Shown here: positions 54,256-64,000 of the stretch, piece after piece
Numbering within the stretch: the first letter of the stretch is position 1
Layout: each line of letters begins with the position of its first letter
Sequence record: OR228459.1
Strand: one strand, 5' to 3'
DNA length: 64,000 bases
Translations under genes and position numbers: made by a program
Notes under the pieces: model-generated
The model's database searches: none
Told to the model about the DNA's origin: nothing
Seen by the model: only the letters and a program-made list of their open reading frames with translations

Positions 54256-54696
54256 ATGAAAAATATGCGATATACTTGCGGAATAATTTTTTATCGTGAT
54301 GGTCAGATACTTATAGGTCATACTACCGGGCAAGAGCATTGGGATTTACCAAAAGGTAAAACTGAAGGTACAGAGACCTATGCTGAGGCGGCTGTTCGAG
54401 AGTGTTATGAAGAAACTGGTTTTGAGATAGATGAAAAAGATCTACTCTTTATTGGTGACGTATCGTATAGAAAAGGAAAGAGGCTTATACTGTTTTATTA
54501 CACCGCTAAATATAAGCCTGATCCTAGTGAACTTAAATGTATTAGTACTTACACAAATAAGTACGGACAAACGAAACCAGAATTGGACAAGTTTAAATAC
54601 ATTGATGTTGAGGACTGTGAATTGTATTTGACTAAACGAATGTGTGGCAGTATTATTAAAGCTGTCAAACAATTCCAGAATATGAAAGGAAAATAA
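54256..54696 (+). CDS. Nudix hydrolase
   Basis: WDLPKGKTEGTETYAEAAVRECYEETG. Confidence 0.9.
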   Translation: MKNMRYTCGIIFYRDGQILIGHTTGQEHWDLPKGKTEGTETYAEAAVRECYEETGFEIDEKDLLFIGDVSYRKGKRLILFYYTAKYKPDPSELKCISTYTNKYGQTKPELDKFKYIDVEDCELYLTKRMCGSIIKAVKQFQNMKGK

Positions 54697-54698
54697 AA

Positions 54699-54965
54699 AT
54701 GAAAGTGAAGATTTATGGTCGGGCTGTCGGTTGCCCTTATTGCACTACAGCAAAACAAATCTGCGAACAGAATAAATTCGATATGGAATTTATCGATATG
54801 GAAGCTGTTGGAATGACTCGTGATGAACTAAGTGAAATTGTTGGTAAACCAGTTTCTACAGTTCCACAGATTTTTGTTGAAGGTGAATATATTGGTGGAT
54901 GTACTGAATTCATTAAACACCTAACAACACTAGCAGAGAAGAAAGATGACACAGATAATCAATGA
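54699..54965 (+). CDS. glutaredoxin
   Basis: CPYC, TVPQIF, IGGC. Confidence 0.92.
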   Translation: MKVKIYGRAVGCPYCTTAKQICEQNKFDMEFIDMEAVGMTRDELSEIVGKPVSTVPQIFVEGEYIGGCTEFIKHLTTLAEKKDDTDNQ

Positions 54966-55194
54966 TTTTCATGCCAAATGCACTTCACGTGCAGAACAGT
55001 TGGCAAAACAATTGGGTGTTGAATTCAAACCTTTAGATGTTTCAGCAATCGAAACATCTACTCGGAAGCGTATGGCAGCACTACAGAAGTACCGCGAACG
55101 TAAAGAAGAATATGATGCTCTACTTGAAGAAGTTTTCAAGGTTTGTACACCCCATGAGGTTCTAGAATTCATTAAGAATTCAAAAACTAAATAA
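54946..55194 (+). CDS. hypothetical protein
   Basis: ORF. Confidence 0.7.
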   Translation: MTQIINDFHAKCTSRAEQLAKQLGVEFKPLDVSAIETSTRKRMAALQKYRERKEEYDALLEEVFKVCTPHEVLEFIKNSKTK

Positions 55195-55244
55195 TTATGA
55201 AGGAACAATCCTTCATGTTATAAAAAAATTTGGGAGAAAAGACT

Positions 55245-55487
55245 ATGCTTAGTTTTCGTGAAAAATTAGCTCAAGGCATTTTTGAGAGCCAACCTAAAGT
55301 TGCAGACATTCCTCGCAAGTCAGCATTCTTAGGAACTATCACCAACGAAGGTTTCTGTGATTATGAAGTACCCGAAGATGATTGGTATCTTACTAAATCC
55401 ACAGAACGTAGCAATCGCCTCCACAAAAGTACAATAGCAAGAAAGCATCGCAAAGAAGTGAAGCGTATTCGTTTCGGTTCAGAATAA
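55245..55487 (+). CDS. hypothetical protein
   Basis: GGAG SD before MLSFRE. Confidence 0.65.
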   Translation: MLSFREKLAQGIFESQPKVADIPRKSAFLGTITNEGFCDYEVPEDDWYLTKSTERSNRLHKSTIARKHRKEVKRIRFGSE

Positions 55488-55493
55488 TAATTT

Positions 55494-55520
55494 AAAGGAC
55501 TCAATTAAGAGTCCTTTTTT
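55494..55520 (+). terminator. intrinsic terminator
   Basis: AAAGGACTC-AATTAA-GAGTCCTTT plus T-run. Confidence 0.85.
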
Positions 55521-55534
55521 CATCCGAGGATATT

Positions 55535-56008
55535 ATGGTTACAGAACACTTTGGTAATTTATTTGACAGATACAATGATGGATTTTCCGAAGGACATTTA
55601 CATATTATTGTACATGGTTGTAATGCTCAAGGTCGTATGGGTTCAGGATTTGCAAAAGAACTTCGTGCCAGATACCCGGATGCATATGAAACCTACAAAT
55701 CAGTACATGAATCTAGTGGTTTAAAACTTGGAAGTACTGTATATCACATTGTCGATGATAACTTGGTAATCGCTAATGCTATTACACAAGAGTATTATGG
55801 ATATGATGGTGACAAATATGTTAGCTATGATGCTATAGATACTGTCTTTAAAGACATGAATGATTTTATCGAACTAACAGGAAGGATGACGCACCTCCAC
55901 TTCCCACGTATTGGGGCAGACTTAGGTGGTGGTAATTGGTCAGTCATTAAGAATATTATTGACCACCGCATCACTAATGCGTCGAAACATCTATATATTT
56001 TGAAATAA
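55535..56008 (+). CDS. macrodomain (Appr-1-p processing) protein
   Basis: GNLF, IIVHGCNAQGRMGSGFA, IANAITQ, FPRIGADLGGGNW. Confidence 0.9.
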   Translation: MVTEHFGNLFDRYNDGFSEGHLHIIVHGCNAQGRMGSGFAKELRARYPDAYETYKSVHESSGLKLGSTVYHIVDDNLVIANAITQEYYGYDGDKYVSYDAIDTVFKDMNDFIELTGRMTHLHFPRIGADLGGGNWSVIKNIIDHRITNASKHLYILK

Positions 56009-56031
56009 AATGCACAAAAGGATTGACAAAA

Positions 56032-56355
56032 ATGACAATGAACGTTAAACTACTAAACATCACCAACATGGGGCCAGTACTAGCAGTTATGCAAGCACAC
56101 AATGAAGAACAAGTCATTGTAACGAACCCAGCAATCCTAGGCACTGATCCAGAAACTGGTGATCTAGCAATTAACGATTACCTAGGCGGTATTTCTGATC
56201 TAGATAAAGAAGTTGCTTTTATGAAGTACAACATTATCTCTATCAGTACCCCTGAAGCTGGTCTAGCTGCTGCATACATTGGTGCACTAGAACAAGCTAC
56301 TGAATCCCAACCTGAAATTTTCGTCCCAGACAATAAGATTGTCATTGCAAAATAA
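56032..56355 (+). CDS. hypothetical protein
   Basis: AAGGA SD; phage-typical CTA-rich codon usage. Confidence 0.7.
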   Translation: MTMNVKLLNITNMGPVLAVMQAHNEEQVIVTNPAILGTDPETGDLAINDYLGGISDLDKEVAFMKYNIISISTPEAGLAAAYIGALEQATESQPEIFVPDNKIVIAK

Positions 56356-56364
56356 GAGGTAACA

Positions 56365-56742
56365 ATGAACCAGACTAACGAACGCATTTATCAAGCAGTT
56401 GTAATTCTAAAAGACACTCCACAAGATGTAGTTGCCAAAGAACTAGTTCGTGGAACACAAGTCCTACTAGCACAATATACTCCCGGTAAAGCATCCAATC
56501 TTGGTAAGTTTGAAACTAAGCAGTTCCAAGAAACTTATCAGAAGTGGGTTGATGAAAACGAAGGTAATATTCGTGTATTCATCGCTGATGATCGTCTAGA
56601 ACTTGATAGTATTGAATATCAAGCCGTTAGTCTAGAAACTGTACCTGCAAGCGGATACGGTGAAGGTGAAAGCGTCCTAGTACTAGGCCCATTTGATGGT
56701 ACACGCTTAGACTTCCACCTTCAGAATTGTACTGAAGTCTAA
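56365..56742 (+). CDS. hypothetical protein, possible PTH2-like fold
   Basis: YQAVVILKD...KW..NIRVF...EL..I...VLVLGP...LD layout; catalytic DAG.T not evident. Confidence 0.4.
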   Translation: MNQTNERIYQAVVILKDTPQDVVAKELVRGTQVLLAQYTPGKASNLGKFETKQFQETYQKWVDENEGNIRVFIADDRLELDSIEYQAVSLETVPASGYGEGESVLVLGPFDGTRLDFHLQNCTEV

Positions 56743-56749
56743 TTAAATT

Positions 56750-56791
56750 GCACCCCTATAAATATTGTAGATAATACAATAATAGGGGTGC
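56750..56791 (+). promoter_or_regulatory. late promoter TATAAATA inside an RBS-sequestering/terminator hairpin (neck gene)
   Basis: GCACCCCTAT/ATAGGGGTGC perfect 10-bp stem; TATAAATA 56757-56764. Confidence 0.75.
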
Positions 56792-56795
56792 TTTT

Positions 56796-57584
56796 ATGTC
56801 TTATGATTATCAAGGCGGTGATCCTGAATCACCACAATACGACCATAGAGAAAAGTTGAAAGACAAAATCACACAAATGCTTGGTGCTGGTGCAGTAACT
56901 GTTGAAATTACTGACGGGCAGCTTGAAATTGCGATTGATAATGCCATTGAAAACTATCGTGCATGGTCAAGTGCTTCTAAAGAAGAAGCATTTCTACATA
57001 TGAAACTATACCCTTCTGAATCAGTGTATGTACTTCCTACTGAAGTTGAAATTGTTCGCAGAATCTATCGTCGAGGTAACGGTGTAGTATCTGGGGAAGG
57101 TTCAACTGTTGACCCATTCTCACTAGCATATAGTAATACTTATTTGCTAAGTGCTGTACGTGGTGCAACTGGTGGTGGGTTGTTAACATATGATCTCTAT
57201 CACCAATTCGACGAAACGGTTGCAAGACTATTTGGGCGTGAAATTATATTCCAATGGAATCCAGTTAATAAGAAACTACTTATTGACCGTGATATTCGTG
57301 GTACTGAAGAAGTACTTCTTCATGTGTACCAAAACGTACCAGAAGAAATGCTATTCAGACAACAAATGTCTTATCCGTGGATTCGTGATTGGACACTAGC
57401 AGAAGCTAAGATTATGTTGGGTACAAACCGTTCTAAATTCGCAACTCTACCGGGGCCACAAGGTACATTCTCAATGGATGGTGATACTTTACGCCAAGAA
57501 GGTTTTGCATTACAAGAAAAATTAGAACAGCAATTACGTAACTACAAAGATGGTGGTACACCTCTTGGTTTCATAATTGGGTAA
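56796..57584 (+). CDS. neck protein (T4 gp13-like)
   Basis: LKDKITQMLGA..V.VEIT..QLEIAIDNAIENYR; WIRDWTLAEAKIMLG..RSKF..LPG; late promoter. Confidence 0.75.
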   Translation: MSYDYQGGDPESPQYDHREKLKDKITQMLGAGAVTVEITDGQLEIAIDNAIENYRAWSSASKEEAFLHMKLYPSESVYVLPTEVEIVRRIYRRGNGVVSGEGSTVDPFSLAYSNTYLLSAVRGATGGGLLTYDLYHQFDETVARLFGREIIFQWNPVNKKLLIDRDIRGTEEVLLHVYQNVPEEMLFRQQMSYPWIRDWTLAEAKIMLGTNRSKFATLPGPQGTFSMDGDTLRQEGFALQEKLEQQLRNYKDGGTPLGFIIG

Positions 57585-57593
57585 TACAAACAT

Positions 57594-57622
57594 GGAAGTA
57601 CTTAACTGTACTTCCTTTTTTT
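57594..57622 (+). terminator. intrinsic terminator
   Basis: GGAAGTAC-TTAACT-GTACTTCC plus T7. Confidence 0.8.
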
Positions 57623-57633
57623 ATAGGTATAAC

Positions 57634-58278
57634 ATGGAAAGAATTATCGTAGCAATAAATGGAACAATTGGTTCTGGTAAAGACACATTTAGTGAAGAAT
57701 TCATTAAAGCTGGATATCACCGTATGTCCTTTGCAACAGCACTAAAAGATGCCGTTGCTGTAATCTTTGGATGGGATCGAGAAATGTTAGAGGGTAATAC
57801 ACCAGAAGCAAGAAAAATTAGAGAAACTAAAGATGAGTACTGGAGTGCTAAACTCGGTCGTGATATAACCCCACGATGGATACTCCAACATTTTGGTACG
57901 GATGTTGTTCGTAAGTACTTCGATGATAATACTTGGGTGTATTCCTTAGAAAACAAGATGCGTCAGATTGATGGTAATATTATCATTACAGATTGTCGCT
58001 TCCCTAACGAATTAAGAATGCTTCGTGAAAATAATGCAACAATTATTGAAGTACAACGAAATGTTCCAACATGGTATAATGATGCATATTCATATAATGT
58101 ACTATTGTCCAAGGGACGTGACGTGAAACTTCCCGAATCACTCAAAGGTATTCATCGTTCAGAATGGGCTTGGATTGGTATTAATAAACCTGATTACACC
58201 GTAAAGAATGATAGTACTGTAGAAAAGTTACACTGGAATGCATTTGTTATAAGACATGGTATAGAAGATTCAAAGTAA
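57634..58278 (+). CDS. deoxynucleoside monophosphate kinase (T4 gp1-like)
   Basis: GTIGSGKDT, SFATALKD, PRWILQHFGTDVVR, ITDCRFPNE. Confidence 0.88.
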   Translation: MERIIVAINGTIGSGKDTFSEEFIKAGYHRMSFATALKDAVAVIFGWDREMLEGNTPEARKIRETKDEYWSAKLGRDITPRWILQHFGTDVVRKYFDDNTWVYSLENKMRQIDGNIIITDCRFPNELRMLRENNATIIEVQRNVPTWYNDAYSYNVLLSKGRDVKLPESLKGIHRSEWAWIGINKPDYTVKNDSTVEKLHWNAFVIRHGIEDSK

Positions 58279-58300
58279 TCGCTTTCTATACATAAGTTTT

Positions 58301-58358
58301 AATCCTCCAATAAATAATGATATAACGAATATTCGAATACCAATTATTTTGGAGGATT
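58301..58358 (+). promoter_or_regulatory. late promoter TAAATA inside an RBS-sequestering hairpin (sheath gene)
   Basis: AATCCTCCAA/TTGGAGGATT perfect 10-bp stem; TAAATA 58311-58316. Confidence 0.75.
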
Positions 58359-58362
58359 TTAA

Positions 58363-61020
58363 ATGGCTGATTTATTATCACCCGGTGTAAGTGTAACCGT
58401 CACTGATGAATCGATTTCTGCACAAGCCGCACCCGGTACTGTGCCACTTTTCGTCATTGCAACTGCTCAAGACAAGCTAGTTCCCGGTAGTTCAGCTATC
58501 GCTTCTGGTACATTAAAGGCAAATGCTGGTAAGTTACAACTTATTACATCACAAAAAAACGCTCTTGATACTTTTGGAACACCAGTGTTTCAAAAACATC
58601 TAGGGTCTGTAGTTCAAGGTGATGAGCTAAACGAGTATGGCCTCCACGGTCTATACAGCTATATGGGAATTGCAAACCGTGCATATGTTGTACGTGCTGA
58701 CCTTGACCTAAACCAATTAACACCAAGTGCTACTGAGCCTACTGGTGATGTACCTAACGGTACTCTATGGTTTGATACTTTTGCTTCTCAAGTTGAAGCA
58801 TATGTAGCAAATGTGGAAAACCCACAAAGTTTCTATGACTGGACTCTAAAACCAGTTCGCATTGTAAGTGCTGAATTGATTACTGATGTAAGTACTGTAG
58901 GATTAAACGTTGACGATCTAGTAATCCGTCATGTTCCAAGTACTGGTCAAATGCTAGTTTACAAATTTGAAAGTGCTGGTCTAGTTCAGGTTGAAACCTA
59001 TCTATCACCAATCAACAAAGTACCTACTGGTACTGCTATCCATGCTGGTGATATCTGGCTACGTGATGGTTATGTGAAGAATGGTTCTAACTACTTCGGC
59101 ACTCGCTTTGTAATTAAGCGTTACGCTTCCCTAACTAAAACTTGGGTTCCTGTTGATACTTTCACTGGTACAAGTTTCTATGATATTGAAGCAAAAACTG
59201 GTGTATCTAGTAATGCATATATCGCTGCACTATTCGATTGGGATAGCTATAGTTTCTCATTATACATGAAAACTGGCAACATTCCAACTATCAGTGCTTC
59301 TGCAACTCCACTAGGTCAAATTAACCTAGATATTGCACAAGCTGATTGCTTCCTAACTATTAGCTATCTTAACAAATCTGCTAAAGTACTTGCAGTACCA
59401 AAAGGTCAAATCAAGAATGCAGAAACTATTGTTGCTAATCTTAACAAAGTGGCAGCATTGATCAATGATGGTTTTAGTTTTAGTGTACAAAACAATGGTG
59501 TAATTATCACCAACAAACTAGGCTATAGTTTTAAAGTAACTCAAAGTGGTGAAGCACTATTCGATGCAGCTAATATGAATAAACTATCTACTGATAGTAG
59601 TAACTATTCACAAATCAATCCACGTATTATTCGTGTTTCTGATTCTGCACCACGCTCTACTGCGTCTGAAGGTACATACTGGTACGATTTCAGTAATTCT
59701 GATAATCTAACTGTTACTCTTTATGTAGCGAACTTAAGTACTGAAGATTGGGATAAAGTACAATCCAACAACATGTATCTACAAGTTGATGAACCTGCCG
59801 CAGACCGTGATTTCTGGGTTCTCCCACTATCACAAGGTGTTGATGGTTATCAATTCTATCGTAATGTACGTGGTGAATGGGTTAAACTAGACCCAGCAGA
59901 CCAAAGTACCCTAAACGGTATGATCTTTGAAGATTTTAACGGTGAAGTTCCAAGTGCTAACCTATACCAAAATGGTATGCTTGCAATTGATATGGGTAAT
60001 ACTGAGGGTGTTGTTAAGCAAATGGTTAATGGAAAATGGGTTGTTGTTAGTGGCGTCGCCATTGACGGAAGCGGTCTATTTGGTCGTCATGCACAACGTC
60101 AAATCATCGTAGAAGCACTAGCTGCTGTAATCGTGGGTAACGAAGCAATTCGTTCTGAATTCATCGATTTCAACCTAATGTGTTCACCGGGCTATGTAGA
60201 ACTTCTAGATGAGTTTGTAACACTAAACACTGATCGCAAAGAAACTGCTTTCATCGTAACTGATGTTCCAGCACGTCTAACTCCAAGTGCTACTGCAATT
60301 CAAGAGTGGGCTACTAATGCTAATAATGCACCAAGTAATGGTGATATTGGACGTACTACTGCTTATGCTTATGCAGCACAATACATGGGTTGGTGCCTAA
60401 GTACTAACGTCGATGGTGAAGAAGTTGCAGTACCGGGTAGTACTATCGCGATGCGTACCTATGCTTATAGCGACAGCGTAAGTTATGTTTGGTTCCCACC
60501 TGCTGGTACACAACGTGGCGTTGTAAGTAATGCTGCTTCTGTAGGTTACATCACTGATGAAGGTGAATATGCTCCAGTAGTATATAACAACGGTCAACGT
60601 GATACCATGTACGTTAACAAGATTAACCCAATTGCGATGCGTCCAAGTCGTGGTCTATTAGTATTTGGTGACAAAACACTAGCTGCTGATGAAGGAAGTG
60701 CACTAAGCCGTGTAAACGTAGCACGTCTAGTTGTTTACATTCGTCGTCAACTAGAGATTCTAGCAGATCCATTCTTGTTCCGTCTAAACACTGCAAGTAC
60801 TCGTCAAGAGTTTACTGGTGTAGTTAACAGTTTCCTAGCTGAAATTCTACAACTAAATGGTCTATATGACTTCTTAGTAGTATGTGATGAATCAAACAAC
60901 ACCCCAACTCGTATCGATAGAAACGAATTGTGGATGGATATCGCGATTCAACCAGTACGTAGTATTAACTTTATCTACATTCCAATCCGTATTGAGAAAA
61001 CTGCTTCAGCAGGTGCTTAA
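58363..61020 (+). CDS. contractile tail sheath protein (T4 gp18-like)
   Basis: LLSPGVSVTVTDES, FGTP, NEYGL, AYVVRAD, VWFPPAG..RG, GDKTL, LSRVNVARL, VVCDESNNTP..IDRNEL..DIAIQP. Confidence 0.93.
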   Translation: MADLLSPGVSVTVTDESISAQAAPGTVPLFVIATAQDKLVPGSSAIASGTLKANAGKLQLITSQKNALDTFGTPVFQKHLGSVVQGDELNEYGLHGLYSYMGIANRAYVVRADLDLNQLTPSATEPTGDVPNGTLWFDTFASQVEAYVANVENPQSFYDWTLKPVRIVSAELITDVSTVGLNVDDLVIRHVPSTGQMLVYKFESAGLVQVETYLSPINKVPTGTAIHAGDIWLRDGYVKNGSNYFGTRFVIKRYASLTKTWVPVDTFTGTSFYDIEAKTGVSSNAYIAALFDWDSYSFSLYMKTGNIPTISASATPLGQINLDIAQADCFLTISYLNKSAKVLAVPKGQIKNAETIVANLNKVAALINDGFSFSVQNNGVIITNKLGYSFKVTQSGEALFDAANMNKLSTDSSNYSQINPRIIRVSDSAPRSTASEGTYWYDFSNSDNLTVTLYVANLSTEDWDKVQSNNMYLQVDEPAADRDFWVLPLSQGVDGYQFYRNVRGEWVKLDPADQSTLNGMIFEDFNGEVPSANLYQNGMLAIDMGNTEGVVKQMVNGKWVVVSGVAIDGSGLFGRHAQRQIIVEALAAVIVGNEAIRSEFIDFNLMCSPGYVELLDEFVTLNTDRKETAFIVTDVPARLTPSATAIQEWATNANNAPSNGDIGRTTAYAYAAQYMGWCLSTNVDGEEVAVPGSTIAMRTYAYSDSVSYVWFPPAGTQRGVVSNAASVGYITDEGEYAPVVYNNGQRDTMYVNKINPIAMRPSRGLLVFGDKTLAADEGSALSRVNVARLVVYIRRQLEILADPFLFRLNTASTRQEFTGVVNSFLAEILQLNGLYDFLVVCDESNNTPTRIDRNELWMDIAIQPVRSINFIYIPIRIEKTASAGA

Positions 61021-61026
61021 TACTTC

Positions 61027-61050
61027 AAAAGGGGCTTATAAGCCCCTTTT
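61027..61050. terminator. symmetric intrinsic terminator
   Basis: AAAAGGGGCT-TATA-AGCCCCTTTT. Confidence 0.85.
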
Positions 61051-61084
61051 ACTTTTGTAACTCCAAATATGGAAAGTAATCTAA

Positions 61085-61090
61085 TAAATA
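61085..61090 (+). promoter_or_regulatory. late promoter (TAAATA)
   Basis: Upstream of the tube gene. Confidence 0.6.
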
Positions 61091-61125
61091 TATTAAAGAT
61101 ATAATTCCAATTTTGGGAGAACAAT

Positions 61126-61812
61126 ATGGCAAATATGTTGGATAAATATGGTGTTCCACTATCTGGTGGTGGTCGTATTGCAATGAAACAACCTAAAGCG
61201 AAATATAAATTTCGTGTTATTTTCTTTGGCTTTGGTGCTGCGGAAGATGGTGATTTTATTACAATTGATACCAACACAGTAGCATCACCACACGTTTCAC
61301 ACGAAAACGTAACTGTTCACAGTTACAACAGTAGTGCACACTACAAAGGTAAGTATACTTGGAGTGAGATCGAACTTGCATTCCGTGATTCTGTAGGAAA
61401 CTCTTCTTTAAAAGCATTATATAACCAAATGCGTAAAGAATTTAACTACTATACTCAAGAATCTCGTATTGCCGATGTACAATTTAAGTTCGAAATGTGG
61501 ATTCAAGCTCTAGATGGTTCTAACAGTGAAAGTGTTACTAACCTGTTCCAAGGTACACAACACACATGGGTATGCCAAGGTTGTTTCATCACTGATACTA
61601 ACTTTGGTGATTGGGACTATTCCAGTTCTGATCCACAAGTAATCACAGCAACAATTCAACCTGATGCATGTGCATTACTAGGCCCAACTGGTCTACCACT
61701 AGGTGATGAAGTTTCTGGTAACGGTACTCCTGCTAATGCAAGTACTATTTCTGGTGCTCAAACCTCTATCAGTACTACATCTCTACCTGATAAAAACTTC
61801 TTTAATAACTAA
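61126..61812 (+). CDS. tail tube protein (T4 gp19-like), paralog 1
   Basis: Follows the sheath; QPKAKYKFRV.F, GKYTWSEIELAFRD, CFITDTNFGDWDYSSSD. Confidence 0.8.
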   Translation: MANMLDKYGVPLSGGGRIAMKQPKAKYKFRVIFFGFGAAEDGDFITIDTNTVASPHVSHENVTVHSYNSSAHYKGKYTWSEIELAFRDSVGNSSLKALYNQMRKEFNYYTQESRIADVQFKFEMWIQALDGSNSESVTNLFQGTQHTWVCQGCFITDTNFGDWDYSSSDPQVITATIQPDACALLGPTGLPLGDEVSGNGTPANASTISGAQTSISTTSLPDKNFFNN

Positions 61813-61829
61813 TATTAAAATAGATCACT

Positions 61830-61865
61830 GCCCTAGACTTGTCTGGGGCTTTTTTATGCTAAATA
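61830..61865 (+). terminator. intrinsic terminator followed by a TAAATA late promoter
   Basis: GCCCTAGAC/GTCTGGGGC plus T6; TAAATA 61860-61865. Confidence 0.75.
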
Positions 61866-61903
61866 ATAATATGATCCAAAAAATATTAAATAGGGGTTAA
61901 TTT

Positions 61904-62677
61904 ATGGCAAATATGCTAAACAAATATGGTGTTCCTCTACCAAGTGGTAGAAATAAAACCATGCTTCAGCCAAAATCAAAATATAAATTCAGGGTGGTTG
62001 TATATAACTTTGGTACTGATATCAATGATCGTGATCACATAGCTCTAGATGTGGATCAAGTAGATAGACCATCGGTGACATTCAACACACAAAAAGTAGA
62101 TATGTTCACTACTAATAGCTCATATGTTACTAAACATAACTGGAATCCTATTGTACTAACAATTAGAGATTCGGTAGGTAATGAATCCGCAAAAGCACTA
62201 TCAAGACAGCTTCAAAAACAATTAGATTTTCCACGTAGAATTACTTCTCGTTCTGAACAAAACTATTCGGGTTATAAATTTGGTTTAATCATTCAAATGC
62301 TTAATGGTAGAAATTCTGAAGATACATTAACTAATTTAGGAAGAGATACAGCAGTTGATATTTCTTCCGCATTAACAAATAACGAAGGGTTGACTAATGC
62401 AATTGATCAATTCATCGGTGGTTCTTCATATAATAGTGATGGTATCATGGAGTACTTTGTTTGTGTTGGATGTATTATTCAAGACATAAACTACGATTCT
62501 CTTGATTATAGTTCTTCATCTCCAGTAACTATGAAAATTACAATTAAACCTGATAATGTAGTACAGTATGATACTATTGCTGAAATGTACAATAGTCGTA
62601 TCAATTCTCTACTTCCTGATGAAGTTAACCAAGGGCTTGATATTATTGATAAAATTTTTGGACAAGCAGGACTATAA
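61904..62677 (+). CDS. tail tube-like protein, paralog 2
   Basis: Same start MANML.KYGVPL; QPKSKYKFRV, WNPIVLTIRDSVGN, CIIQDINYDSLDYSSS. Confidence 0.75.
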   Translation: MANMLNKYGVPLPSGRNKTMLQPKSKYKFRVVVYNFGTDINDRDHIALDVDQVDRPSVTFNTQKVDMFTTNSSYVTKHNWNPIVLTIRDSVGNESAKALSRQLQKQLDFPRRITSRSEQNYSGYKFGLIIQMLNGRNSEDTLTNLGRDTAVDISSALTNNEGLTNAIDQFIGGSSYNSDGIMEYFVCVGCIIQDINYDSLDYSSSSPVTMKITIKPDNVVQYDTIAEMYNSRINSLLPDEVNQGLDIIDKIFGQAGL

Positions 62678-62686
62678 GGAGATAGT

Positions 62687-64000
<1,314 letters not shown>

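Overview
An AT-rich, very gene-dense 64-kb segment of a lytic jumbo myovirus. Gene content and order resemble the RaK2/GAP32/PBECO4-type enterobacterial jumbo phages; this is inferred from remembered gene sets, not from a search. Nearly all real genes are on the + strand, and most minus-strand ORFs in the track are antisense shadows. The window holds: an NAD+/anti-defence block (NadM-Nudix + NAMPT, Acb1-like 2H phosphoesterase, sirtuin, NUDT16-like Nudix); nucleotide metabolism genes (dCMP deaminase, nrdD-grcA-nrdG, tk, dNMP kinase, glutaredoxin); RNA repair/translation genes (DRB0094-type RNA ligase, TROVE-like DUF2828, second 2H enzyme, CCA enzyme, HPF); spanins and a LysM-lysozyme; three paralogous virion proteins; and the start of the tail module (neck, sheath, tube paralogs, gp4-like head completion). 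The most notable non-coding observations are: (1) a ~490-nt ORF-free, hierarchically base-paired candidate large ncRNA with its own promoter and terminator at ~37058-37546; (2) a perfect FNR box beside the anaerobic RNR promoter; (3) a repeated non-canonical GGGACA-N17-TATAAT promoter class; (4) TAAATA late promoters inside RBS-sequestering hairpins; (5) apparent avoidance of CCWGG and GGWCC. I saw no tRNA genes or CRISPR arrays.
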